Part shown: positions 1 to 10,289 of the stretch, piece after piece
Layout of the letters: each line of letters opens with the position of its first letter
How positions within the stretch are numbered: position 1 is the stretch's first letter
NCBI GenBank assembly: GCA_011109175.1
Contig: RDEW01000004.1
Span: 1,790,355-1,823,354 of the forward strand
DNA from: Dicyema japonicum
Lineage: Eukaryota > Animalia > Dicyemida
Direction: 5' to 3'
DNA: 33,000 nucleotides
Notes under the pieces: generated by a model
What the model was told of the DNA's origin: nothing
The model's database searches: none
The model's input: the letters and a program-made list of their open reading frames with translations, nothing else
Program-made: the position numbers and the translations under genes

Positions 1-1224
1 TGTGGAAAAATATTATGTCGATGTTTGAATATTGTATAGAAGTATATAAGTTGTATTATCCATTAGTAATGCTATTTTCGTCTTTTCTTCATAATACGAC
101 ATAGATATTTTCAAAAATACTTTTTGTTATCAAATCTTTGTATAAGCGTCATATTCAATGCCAATGGCTTTTAGATTTACTATCCTAGTACTCTTGGCCA
201 CGTTGACCTTCTTAGTGGTTTATATTTTTTCCATGTGTAGCTGCAACATAAAAGACACGAGAGACGTTCTATTCTTATGTCCGTTGGATAATTCACTTTT
301 TTCGAAAATGATTTATAAAAATGTTGCAGTTTCGTCACAATTTAAAATATTTTTTTGACCATTAAATTTGATCGAAAGTTTTCTGCTCTTTTTTATCAAC
401 TGACCGTGCTTCGCCTTGAAGGCTTTGGATATTATATCAAATTATTTTCAAAATTAAGAATTGCAAGATTACTTGAGATTTAAAAAGCTTAAAATTTTTT
501 ATTATAATTAATTTATTTACAAAAATAATATGAAATAAGAAAAAACTAAGAAACTGAAGACCTATTCAGTACAATCTGTTGTCGCATATTTATTTGTGGA
601 GATTCGTGTAGAAACGAGAATCAGTACGGAGCAGTTGTAACGAAATAACAAAACATTTTTGTGTATGATAAGACAAAAAATATGATTACTCTTGTTGAAA
701 CTGGGATCATTTCGCTAAACTGCCTCAAGCAGGTTCAAGTATGACCTACTGGCGAATAGAATTGAGATTATTCATCTCGCAAAGGTGAAAATAATCCCTG
801 TGGTGATCGCATGGTATGGAATTGTCTCATAAGTTTTTCAGGGGCCACCTGGATGCCCTCAAGGTGGAAGAGTCGGTCAAAGCTTATATACAAACGCTAG
901 TGTTACGGAAGACTTTGGAGAGTATGCAAGATAAGGAGAGGCGTGGAGTATCGATGCCTGGTGATGAGGAAGACGGCGCATGGAATGTCAACCTAGGGTA
1001 GTCTCTGAATGTGGGGTATGCAGCGACGTGAACACACCTATACAGGCAATAGAGGTTGGCCCCAAGAAGAGAAGATTGAGTTATACGGGCGTTATAAAAT
1101 AATTAATTTTACTTAATTTTTGTAATTAAACTTTAAGTTAATATTTCGTTATTAATTTCCTCACTTGTGCGATTATTATATCAAAAAATTTCATTATTAC
1201 TTTTAAAATGATACAATCTCTCGA

Positions 1225-1750
1225 AAAAAGAGGTTTCCCCGCAGTTTGGGTTTCGAGGCTGGACTGTATTTGATATACATAGAAAAATTCTTCTTCATGA
1301 CCTATCAGCCGAAACCTGAGAGATCACTAAATTAAAAGAGAAAGAATCTCCCATATAATTAAGTGATCCCGGATAAACAAGGGGATGTCGAAACAAGCAG
1401 AGACAGATGTGCTGAACGTAAAACCTCGTAGAGAGGCTGTCGTATTTCTTTAACTTGAAAGCCGCCGTTCGAGCCGCCTTCCAATCTTTCAACGCGGAAC
1501 CAGAAAGTCTCGACTGGGAAAAGTGTCGGTACAAGCCCCATCCCAATCATGCATTTCTCTAGAGAGGAGGGTAAAACCGTCTGGGCGCTTTTCATCACCA
1601 TGATCCAGGCCCACCGGTTCCAGAGAGGACGGGAATCCAGTCGCCTCAAGAAAGCGGTCACAACCCCGTTAATGGCTGCATGCCTTGGGAACCGAAGGAA
1701 ACGTCTCCAACAGAAGTTAGGCCGATGCCCACAGAAGTCTAATGGCTAAA
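1225..1750 (-). mobile_element. Degenerate CRE-like non-LTR retrotransposon C-terminus (zinc knuckle + restriction-like endonuclease), copy 1
   Basis: Reading across frameshifts gives D-F-C-G-H..C, RFPRHAAINGVV, GFPSSLEPVGLDHGDEKRPDG (KRPDG at 1576-1590), WDGACTDT, AAFKLKKYDSL and a late LRGN. This is the motif order of CRE-type RLE domains. It is interrupted near 1320-1372 by a LINE 3'-end motif. Confidence 0.8.
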
Positions 1751-2504
1751 AAAGTTTGCTTCAAAACAATTTTATCGAAATTAATATTCACAATTTAGTC
1801 TTGGAGATAAGAATGTTAAAATTCTCCAGACTTTACTGATAGAAGTAGCAAGGCAAGGAACTTGCCGAAAACATGAGCCTTTGGAAGGAAAAGATAATTC
1901 TTTAATAGAAAAAACGCAGTATGTAGATCAAGTTAGAGTAGATCAACGGTGTCACCACTAATCTCAGAATGTTTTATATTATGAATACGAAAGATAATTT
2001 CTTTGGAAATGGGGGAGCTCAATACAATTAAGTGTTCCACATCGGTAATAACAGCACCAGGGAAACAAATCATGATTCTGTTTCATGATTTAAAGAATTC
2101 ATTTTGTGAGAGTTATATGTTTTATTAAATCTCAATGAAATGACAAAAGATTCCATATTGGCTTGCAGGCACTGAAAATTCAATGAGTTACCTTCATGAA
2201 CGCGCACCCAACGCTATGTGAGTATCGTCATTTTATTTTTTGTTTATCTTGACTGTTAATTTGAATTCAATTATTTTTCAAATGACATTTTTTGTGAATT
2301 TCATCTTCACCGTTAATAGATGACACTTTCTCCCAGTCGAAACTCTAACTTTCAACACAAATTATCATAAAACCAATACTTTTCGAACAGCAAAAATTGT
2401 CTTCCTACATATTAGGAAATTGTGCTGCTTTTTATGGATAAAAATTTTAAATATGTTGCAATTTTCAAAAATTAATTATATAAATGTAAAAAAATATTTC
2501 TAAA

Positions 2505-2720
2505 AAAATTATACCCCCGTATGACCGATTTCTACCACTCCTTCATAAGCCGACAATTTCGAGTATAGACGGATAACCGGTCAAATCTATATTTCGCCTG
2601 ACGACTTCGTTCACGGCCTTCTGTCTGGGAGACCTTCCAACAATTCTCCAACAAGCGACTGGGTGTTGAGGGAGGTCTCTGAGTCGTGCCACAGTTGCAT
2701 TCCCAATTTCATTGATGATT
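2505..2720 (-). mobile_element. Degenerate CRE-like RLE fragment, copy 2
   Basis: ECNCG (CNCG at 2688-2699), then in another frame GRSPRQKAVNEVVRRNIDLTGYPSILEIVGL*RSGRNRSYG, paralleling copy 1. Weaker RT-like remnants may extend to about 3360. Confidence 0.7.
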
Positions 2721-3468
2721 CCTTTACCAATTCCTTACCACTTCAGAGGTTTCCCAGGTGATTGTGAGGAAAAAAAGACGATATCTGAGAGTTGAGTACT
2801 TCAACTTTTTTCTTTTTAAAGACTCGAATTTTAGGATGTCAGAATGATAGGAAAATGCAAAGTAGGAGTGGTGGATAAATTGACCCATGTCTTAAACGAG
2901 AGGTCTCCAGTGTGAAAATAAGTAAATTGCCATGGGAAATCAGGACTCTTTGTATTCGCAGGGTCCAACCCAGAGGTTTGATCAGAGACGGAAACCTAGC
3001 TGAAACCAGACTACTTTTGACAAAATCGTTGAGATTTTGTGTCTGGGTACCTCCCGGCGCATTTTCAGACAAAAGAAGATAAATCCACTTCCATGGCCTC
3101 ACAGTGACAAGTTTGAATTTCATAAAAGAATTTCTTGATTTATGGCGAGACTAACTTTCTACGAAATTTTTTTAATTCCTCAGCCAAAAGAGTTCATACA
3201 ACTCCTGGAAGATTCTGAAACTGGTCAAAACAGATGTGGGTAGTGTACTTTCCCCACCAGTATGCTGCAGCTTCCACGGGTTGGAAGATCTACAACAGAT
3301 GCTATCTGGAACCATCCAGTTTGCCATAAATACTAAAAAAGGGGCATCCTCGGCTTAGATATGTCTCCGAATGCATCAACTTCAAGAAATTAACAAGTAA
3401 TGTTAACTAATCGTAAAGGGAAAACTAAGGAATGCTCTTCACTTCTTTTTATTTTTGTTTGCTTAAAA

Positions 3469-3568
3469 CTCCATCTTTCGGATTCGAACCCACGACCTTT
3501 ACATCCGATGTCACCAGACGCTAAGTTAGTTTCAGTCATAAAGCCCACTAAACTGAGCATCAGACGGG
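3469..3568 (-). tRNA. Intron-containing tRNA-like gene or pseudogene, apparent anticodon GAA (Phe)
   Basis: Minus strand shows acceptor CCGTCT/AGATGG, D-arm GCTC-AGTTTAGT-GGGC, CT-GAA-A anticodon loop (GAA at 3533-3531), an insertion of about 25 nt after position 37, AGGTC variable region, B-box GGTTCGAATCC and TTTT immediately downstream. The T-stem and anticodon stem have mismatches. Confidence 0.55.
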
Positions 3569-3832
3569 CTACGCCTGTTATCACTCCATGGACGATTCTC
3601 TTCTAGACTCCGTTAGGAAACCTTTTAAGAGTGGATGTGAACATTTTTAGTGTTTGAATCATTTTATTTTCTTAGTTCCAGAGAACGTGTCAGTTAGTGT
3701 CCGGGTGTATATTTGGTATGACAAATATTTTCATCGCACATCATAGCTTCTCTTGAAAAACTTAGGGGAGATGAATTATTAGAGACCAAACCCCATTTGG
3801 CTTTAATCATAGTTGAGGAAAATGATCTAAGT

Positions 3833-5332
3833 CAGTGTTTCTCAACTTTTTTTTTCGTATCGCCCCCTATAATAACTATAGATAGTAAGTTATAATTAAT
3901 TAGTATTTTTTAATAAAAATGTTAATGTGACCATTTACTTTTGTGATGGTTTACCAGATTCTCTATATTTGGGATTATTTTACTAAGAACGACTCTTATG
4001 TCTCACTTTTCTAGATAGTCTAATTATTCCGCTGCTTCTTACTGTTTTTTTTAATTTATAAAACACGTTTTATTTAATAATGAAAGTTTTTAAATTTATT
4101 TTGTTTTTAAGAAGTAAGAACGTTCTTGTTAATTAATCCGAGGAAATTAACCCAATGCATAGAAAATGTTCATGGCTTCTCGTTCTTTCTTTTTGGGTTG
4201 TGAGCGAGTCTCATTGTTTCGAGAATAGTAGTTTGATAGTATATGCCACAAGTGAGAAATTGATTCGTTTTTGAAACGAATTTTAAGTTCGTCATTTTTA
4301 ATTCAATCGGGTCTTGTATTCCCCTTTACGTATCAAACCAGGATGATGACCACGGATATTAATCATCTGCAATATTCCAATAATTTTACATTAATTGTAC
4401 TTCAATATGCCAGATTGATTATCAAATAAAACTGAATCATTAATTTATACTGAAAATTTTGTTTTTCTGAGAGAAATCTCGTAAAAATTCTTATTCGCAT
4501 TATGTCGTTACTAAATGGAATATTATTAATAATTCGGAAAATTCCCTCTCAGAATGTGTTTATAAACAATTCTATACAGCTAAGTACAACTCTCTCAGAA
4601 AATAAATGAAGATTAAATCTTAAATTAATATTATTACAATTACCAAGGGTAACCAAACTATCTAACTTCTTGATCCTCGTTCCAGAACTTGTCTTAGTTG
4701 GATCCTCCATGCCGGTCACGCATTGGGCGTCACCTCACTAAGGATAATCAAATGACGCCATCGGAGGAAGGGAAAATAATTTTTGACCAACTAGCCACAC
4801 AGTACCACATGGCGCCACGCGGCCAGCTGACTTATAAAATAAAAAAATCACCTATAAAAAATAAAAAAAACCAGTGATGACGATAATTTTTCCAACTCAA
4901 TGTACATACACAAACCCTGAAAAGCATGAGGATTTGTAGGTATTTATTGAAATTATTTTTGTCCTTTTGTTATGGTTTCTCTTTAGGCTTCTAAAAATCA
5001 ATATCTTTTCGTAGTGATTAGATGTTTTGATTTTGCGTGTTCTAATAAGCGAGGTGTCTTCATCACTTGTTGGAAAATTCCATATCACAAGCAAACAAAA
5101 AGTTTTAGTGGATCTTTTGATTTTGAATAAAATCATGAGATCAATAGTTCTCTTATATTCCCTTATTTTTCAACAGGCTCCATTAAAAAGTTGCACGCTT
5201 TATATTTAAGTTATTTAAATTAAATTTATTTGTAAAATATTTCATAATTAAAAAATCCGTAATTAAAAAATCGCCCCCTGACCATTAAATATTTGTCCCT
5301 GATGAGCGAATCGCCCCTTGTTGAGAACACTG
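3833..5332. mobile_element. Non-autonomous hAT (Buster/Charlie-like) DNA transposon, 1500 bp
   Basis: TIRs are CAGTGTTTCTCAAC (3833-3846) and GTTGAGAACACTG (5320-5332). The 8-bp TSD is ATCTAAGT (3825-3832) / ATCTAACT (5333-5340), 7/8 identical with central TA. Subterminal TCGCCCC(C/T) motifs occur at both ends. A weak transposase C-terminal remnant (QDPIELK..NDELKIRFKNESISHLW) lies on the minus strand at about 4230-4330. Confidence 0.85.
4695..4824 (-). repeat. Short GC-rich dispersed repeat (SINE-like), copy A, nested inside the hAT element
   Basis: Minus strand reads GGCCGCGTGGCGCCATGTGG...GACGCCCAATGCGTGACCGGCATGGAGGATCCAACTA and is alignable to copies B-E. Confidence 0.75.
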
Positions 5333-5834
5333 ATCTAACTAAACGCACATTGACTTTGAAAATATTTTGTCCAAATTACTTAAAAGATTATAAAATTTGA
5401 CTATTTTCAATGTAAAACATTTATCCTCCTCATTATGTTATAATGTAAGAATTTGAAAGCGTGAGACCTGAAATTATGGATAACAAGCAGGAGTTTTAAA
5501 GAAGATACCAAGAATCTCGTAAGCAAAGATTTAGTCAGAGAGGATGAGGTGTTTTCATTAAGAAAACTCTTCAGCGTAGACTCGAATAAAGTTGTCCCCC
5601 AAGTCTGTATGTCATTATCCACATTCGGAACTGGGGAGATGGTATCGTGATTTCCAAATCAACATGTAACATAACATTTGAGATGACCATTTGAAATAAA
5701 ATGTGATGTTTCCGCTTCCTACGATTTATAAGTTCCCCAATATTGACTCTGATTTTTTTTCATTTTTCAAAATCACTCGCTTTATAATATCTTTTCTCAA
5801 GTTCTTAATTCATAGAGATCGTCGGGGAACCGGA

Positions 5835-6178
5835 GATGAATTGATAGAACATCGCTAATATACCTTAAATCTTTAGCAGCAAGGAGATCATACATGAGAA
5901 TCACCAAATAATCACCTTTACTACTGGAAGTGGTCAAACTGTTATCACTTTTTTGGATTACTGGAGAAAAGTTACATCTAAATAATCCTAAAACCTTGAG
6001 ATGACATCTTCAATTGTAATCACAACTGATTCATCGAGTTGTACAGCTGATTTGATATAATCTTTACGTTTGGGATGCTGTCATAGTGGGGGATTATAAA
6101 ATAGCTACCCCATCAAACTCTTGTTTCATTAGCAGTATGAACCCTTATGTGTAGGATTCGATGTTCAATCAATTCATC
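5835..6178. repeat. 20-bp inverted repeat pair bounding 344 bp (possible MITE)
   Basis: GATGAATTGATAGAACATCG (5835-5854) matches the reverse complement of 6159-6178 at 19/20 positions. No TSD seen. Confidence 0.6.
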
Positions 6179-6469
6179 ATTTTTAGGTTATAGTTAAGTT
6201 TTTGTGACTTTTACTAATTTGTCTCTCTAGGACCTGTTCTGTCCCACGTGACACTGAGGGGTAATTTATCGATATTCTATTGAATAAAAATACTTTAAAG
6301 AATATTATTGAGATGGTAGAAAAAGCCAGCCTCATTGAGAAGATCCGAAAAAGGCTTTTGAGTGTTGCCAGATGTCCTAGTATCTTCAGGGAACTAAATT
6401 GTAACCAAGCAGCTATCTTGACTTATATGGAGCAATTCGCCTGGACTTGGGCCAAACCCCTCCAGTGGA

Positions 6470-6563
6470 GTAAGTGAGAGCAAATGATCCTTTTTCGTGC
6501 CGGCCTGGCACTGGGCGCCACCTAGTCAAGTGTATCACATGACGACACATGGTGCCACGCGGC
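6470..6563 (-). repeat. Short GC-rich dispersed repeat, copy B
   Basis: Minus strand reads GCCGCGTGGCACCATGTG...CACTTGACTAGGTGGCGCCCAGTGCCAGGCCGGCACGAAAAAGGATCATTTGCTCTCACTTAC. It has the same 5' boundary as A, D and E, and a 3' end closely similar to E. Confidence 0.75.
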
Positions 6564-6958
6564 TAGCATCACTCCGTCATCTGTTCAAAAAAGAATCGAA
6601 CGCGTAAGATGACTTTTTTTGAATATTATTTCTCCAATGTACCATTACTAACGACTTCGAATTTAGGGGTAGGCAACAAAAAACAAAATCTGAGGTCTCC
6701 AGAACTTAATGTGCTACTTCTGGTTGTCCAGATTGAGCAAGTAGGTATATTAGCGATATTCTATCATCTAATAACATTTCTCCCGTTATTCTTGGTTCCG
6801 CCATTTCAACGATTAGTTAGCCCTTTAACTTTTGATTAACCGGATCATTCCTTGAAGGGATTCAATTTCCCAGATCAGAAGATGATTAAATATTAAATTA
6901 TTAACCACAGTTTCAATAACATCCTGATCATTGAGGCCAACGTAGAAGAGGCTAGAAT

Positions 6959-7099
6959 ACATATATGTTGCAGTCAATTTGTGTAATCATTAAATTAATG
7001 AAATGACTAAGAATTCCAGTCAATTTATGAAAATTTTCATGAATTGTCTAAACATTTCATGAATTGACTGATTACACAAATTGACAGTAACATATATGT
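6959..7099. mobile_element. Hairpin/MITE-like element with 31-bp inverted arms (core 6966-7092, TG...CA ends, TATA flanks)
   Basis: 6959-6989 matches the reverse complement of 7069-7099 at 29/31 positions. Internal repeats of GTCAATT(T/C)ATGAAA occur in both orientations. TATA lies at 6962-6965 and 7093-7096. Confidence 0.7.
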
Positions 7100-7530
7100 T
7101 TCATTAAAGAACTCTTATACGTCGATAAATACCCAACGTCGGTAATAAAGATACAATCAGATTCGATGCCGCAGACAGCCTGTGCCTCCTGGGCTTATGG
7201 AATTTAAATTTCGAACTTTCACAAGATTAATTCTGATTCTGAGAATATACTTTCCTAAAAGTTATTGTAATTTTATCTATGAGTCTGAATTCAATCTGCT
7301 TCTCACAATTATACATATTATGGCATATTATCCTACTTTCAGTGATATTCACACATGTTATGGTATATTAGCCTTTACTCTCTGAACTGTGACTGGTGTG
7401 GAGAATGAGGATAAATAGACCCACGGAATTGTTTCCTTATTAGAACTCAATTATAATTATTCAAATGAAAATGCAAAGGTGGTAGAAACATGATAATTGG
7501 TAAAAACTAATATTCTCTCTTTGCATTTAT

Positions 7531-7550
7531 TCCACGTGTCTCCACGTGTC
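7531..7550 (+). repeat. Perfect tandem 10-mer TCCACGTGTC x2, each containing a CACGTG E-box
   Basis: Directly visible. CACGTG at 7533-7538 and 7543-7548. Regulatory function not shown. Confidence 0.8.
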
Positions 7551-7629
7551 TGCTTTGGTTTACATAATATAAGACTCGATTATTTATCCATCTTTAATTT
7601 TTCATATGACAATGAGCTCCTCGAAGACC

Positions 7630-7688
7630 ATCTCCCCCTGACAAAAAAATCTCCAAAAGGGTCGATTCGCCCCTCGTTGAAACCACTG
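7630..7688. mobile_element. Solo right end of a related hAT element
   Basis: TC(T)CCCCCTGAC...TTCGCCCCTCGTTGAAACCACTG parallels 5270-5332. It is followed by CTCTAAAC (nnnTAnnn target-like). No matching left end found. Confidence 0.6.
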
Positions 7689-7914
7689 CTCTAAACTATG
7701 ATTATGAACATTGGTGACAGCAAATCATGTGAAGGGTAATCTTGTAGAAAAATTATGGCTCGAGGTAGTAATTCTCCGGTAGGCCGGGATTCAAAGAGGA
7801 AAAGAGATTTTGACCTAAGCACCTACTCTAGGAGATAAATATTTTCTTCGAAGATGCAATGTCTTCGAAGAGGAATATGTATAATGATTACTACATAATT
7901 ACTCTCCCAACAAC

Positions 7915-8470
7915 ATGTGGACACTATGGACTTGGATCACAATCTCTGCAATCATGTAGCTCGAATCTGATCAGTTTCTGACCGAGTAGCTGTTGTGCAA
8001 ATCAGATGGGGAATAAACCGAATTCAGTGATCACTATAATGAATGTATATCCCAACAGGACTCAGAGTTTCATCTAACCCATAAGAACTAGAGTTTCCAC
8101 TCAACTGTAACTGAAGTGTACACTTACCTTATATTCATTGCTGGTGACTGGAATGCCAGACCAGTAAAGGCAAGACCTGGTGAGTCCTGCATAGGATTTC
8201 TCGGTAGGGATCAGGAAATTTACCTGTCGAGTCACTTGTTCTATTCTGCTTGTCTTTTGACCTATTTATGCTGCATTTAAAAATTCTTCAAGATAAAAGA
8301 CTACCGGGTTGGATCAAAAGAGATAAAACGGAAATCACGTCAAAATATTCAGTCAAATAGATTACATATTATGCAGAAGAATTCACAACAATCTAGTGAC
8401 ATGCAAATCTGATTCAGTGACTGATTCAAAGTCTAGAGACAGTTAGTGATCAAAAACTCAGTGTTGCCTG
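7915..8470 (+). mobile_element. Degenerate AP-endonuclease domain of an RTE-type LINE ORF2
   Basis: Ordered motifs across frameshifts: GHYGLG, VSDRVAVVQI, ITIMNVYP, IFIAGDWNAR (8131-8160), QIDYILCRR (from 8354) and SDQKL (from 8445). Confidence 0.75.
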
Positions 8471-8852
8471 TTTGGTACAACGCAGGATATATGGAACAAT
8501 TGGAAAACATAAAATGAGGAGGAGCATTCCGTGGAACTCCAAGAGCTTCTCTACCATCTATTAACTAAAAAATATAGAAAAGAAACTCGAAAACGCAGAA
8601 GAGCTTGACTATTTAAGAGAAAAAACAGGAAACAGGGGAACTAGCAAGAGAATAGTTAACGAATTTGTTATGAGCGTGACACAAGGGAAGTTTAATTAAC
8701 TTTTCGTGAGTTCTTAAAATAATATAAGGTAATTTATGAGTCTGATAAAAATCGAGTCATCATTGGATATGCTTCAATGGCTATCTTGAGCACAGTTGTT
8801 TGTGACATAAAAGAACAATACTAAAATACAAAAGAAAATTAAAGTCAATTCA

Positions 8853-9266
8853 CTACTCGATGTCCTCACTTGGGATGGATTCTATTCGCTTCGAAATGGA
8901 CTCCCATCTCTCTTTGAGCAGCAACTTCAGCCTCTTCGCTTCTTCTATCTGGCGGAGACATTTATTTTTCATTCCCACAATGAGGGACTTAGCTTCGGTC
9001 AAAATAACACCCACGGTTGCCTTTTTACGTGCAAGCGACGGAATGCATTTCTTCAGTTTGTCTATTTTTCTGGAGATTTTTCTTCTTCGAACTTTGTTCC
9101 GCTTATTCGTGCATGTTTTCTTATTGTAGTGAGAATTAAAATAATATCCATCATCATCAAAGAAGAATTTATCCTCAGTTTTTACGGTTCCTCGACTTGA
9201 GTCACAAAGTGATCCTCCGAAGGCTGAAGCATCATTGAAAAGTCGTAATTTTGAGGGGAGGGGCAC
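8853..9266 (-). CDS. Group B-like bHLH-leucine zipper protein (Max/Mlx/USF-like fold), probably the last exon of a spliced gene
   Basis: TNKRNKVRRRKISRKIDKLKKCIPSLARKKATVGVILTEAKSLIVGMKNK aligns without gaps to the Max bHLH (..[32 protein letters not shown]) and is followed by a hydrophobic heptad. The frame is uninterrupted. The track start codon is GTG, there is no in-frame ATG up to the stop at 9323-9321, and an acceptor-like TTTCATTTTAG ends at 9274. Confidence 0.75.
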   Translation of the reverse strand: MPLPSKLRLFNDASAFGGSLCDSSRGTVKTEDKFFFDDDGYYFNSHYNKKTCTNKRNKVRRRKISRKIDKLKKCIPSLARKKATVGVILTEAKSLIVGMKNKCLRQIEEAKRLKLLLKERWESISKRIESIPSEDIE

Positions 9267-10289
9267 TCTCTTTCTAAAATGAAAGTAAACAAAGTTAATT
9301 GGTAGAAAATATAAGAAATCTTAGAACTAACCAGTTATCAAAACGGTGGGCCCAAAATGTGAATAAATTTTTTCAACATTTTCGCGTCAAAAAAATTGTT
9401 GAATTGGTTATTTTCACAAAGATTATAAAGATTCAAGTTCAGACTTTCACAAACATTGTAATTTTCCTTGAAGAAATCCGGAACCATTACAGGGCTATAA
9501 AGAAATAAAATAAAAGACGTCGTCTTCAAAATTCCTACCGAGGTGATTCGGAATCAGATCATTTGGACTTTCGGGGGGAAAATCAGGGAAATCGCTATCC
9601 ATTGATGGAAATATACGCGCGGTTTTCATTTAAAAATACTTTGTCCGTGGCGCAAATGACGCATAACAAAGTAAAAGAAAATCATATAAATTGACCACCG
9701 TCAACTTTGAGTGAGTCCACCCTTATTTAAGGACCAATGAAGACGATAAACTCACTCAGACATTCAAGGACGTTAAATCCGGCATTAATCTAATATCCTC
9801 AAATTTAAATATTGATTTATGCAATTTGACTAAATTTGAATAATTACACAAATGTCAGTTCGCTGTCGGAAAGGCCAAAGTTGAAGTGCCGGAAGTACGA
9901 TGACTTTCCCGGTGATGTAACATTACTTCCTGGAAACCTCTGTGAACCTCATCCTACAATTTTTCGAAAAATTAGGAAAACTAATCTTTGCCTGCTCATG
10001 TGACCTTCGTGAACGATGCTGATGATCTAACAGATTTCCCTCGCAAGAGGAATAGCCATGTAGATAGGCTGCGATTCTCAAACTCCAATTTTGTAACAGT
10101 TGATCCTGTAACTGATTTCATATACTTTTGTTGCTGGTGATCAAGTAAATTCCAACAGAATCGTCGGAGATCAGTGATATGGAGCATTTGAGAGTCAAGA
10201 TGCCCTAGCAGAAGAGGTCTATATGCGAAGATAAATGTAAGAGGCTTCTGAACCAATCAAACCAACACCGACGTACCTGTCTAGTCACT

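Noticed and set aside
158-358. 66-aa ORF with a hydrophobic N-terminus
   Set aside because: Short, in very AT-rich sequence where hydrophobic ORFs arise by chance, and no family motif.
816-1090. 61-aa ORF and nearby ECGVC..PKKRRL peptide (Cys pair plus NLS-like)
   Set aside because: Fragments lie in different frames with no recognisable domain, so a gene cannot be supported.
5295-5330. CTGATGAG..GAA resembling a hammerhead ribozyme core
   Set aside because: The required stems and GAAAC geometry are absent. The sequence is the subterminal region of the hAT element.
8860-9129. 89-aa plus-strand ORF
   Set aside because: Antisense shadow of the bHLH-Zip coding segment.
9340-9730. Tc1/mariner-like terminal sequences (AAGGGTGGACTCACTCAAAGT on the minus strand; ACGGTGGGCCCAAAA on the plus strand)
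   Set aside because: No convincing inverted pair or TA duplication, and no transposase remnant.
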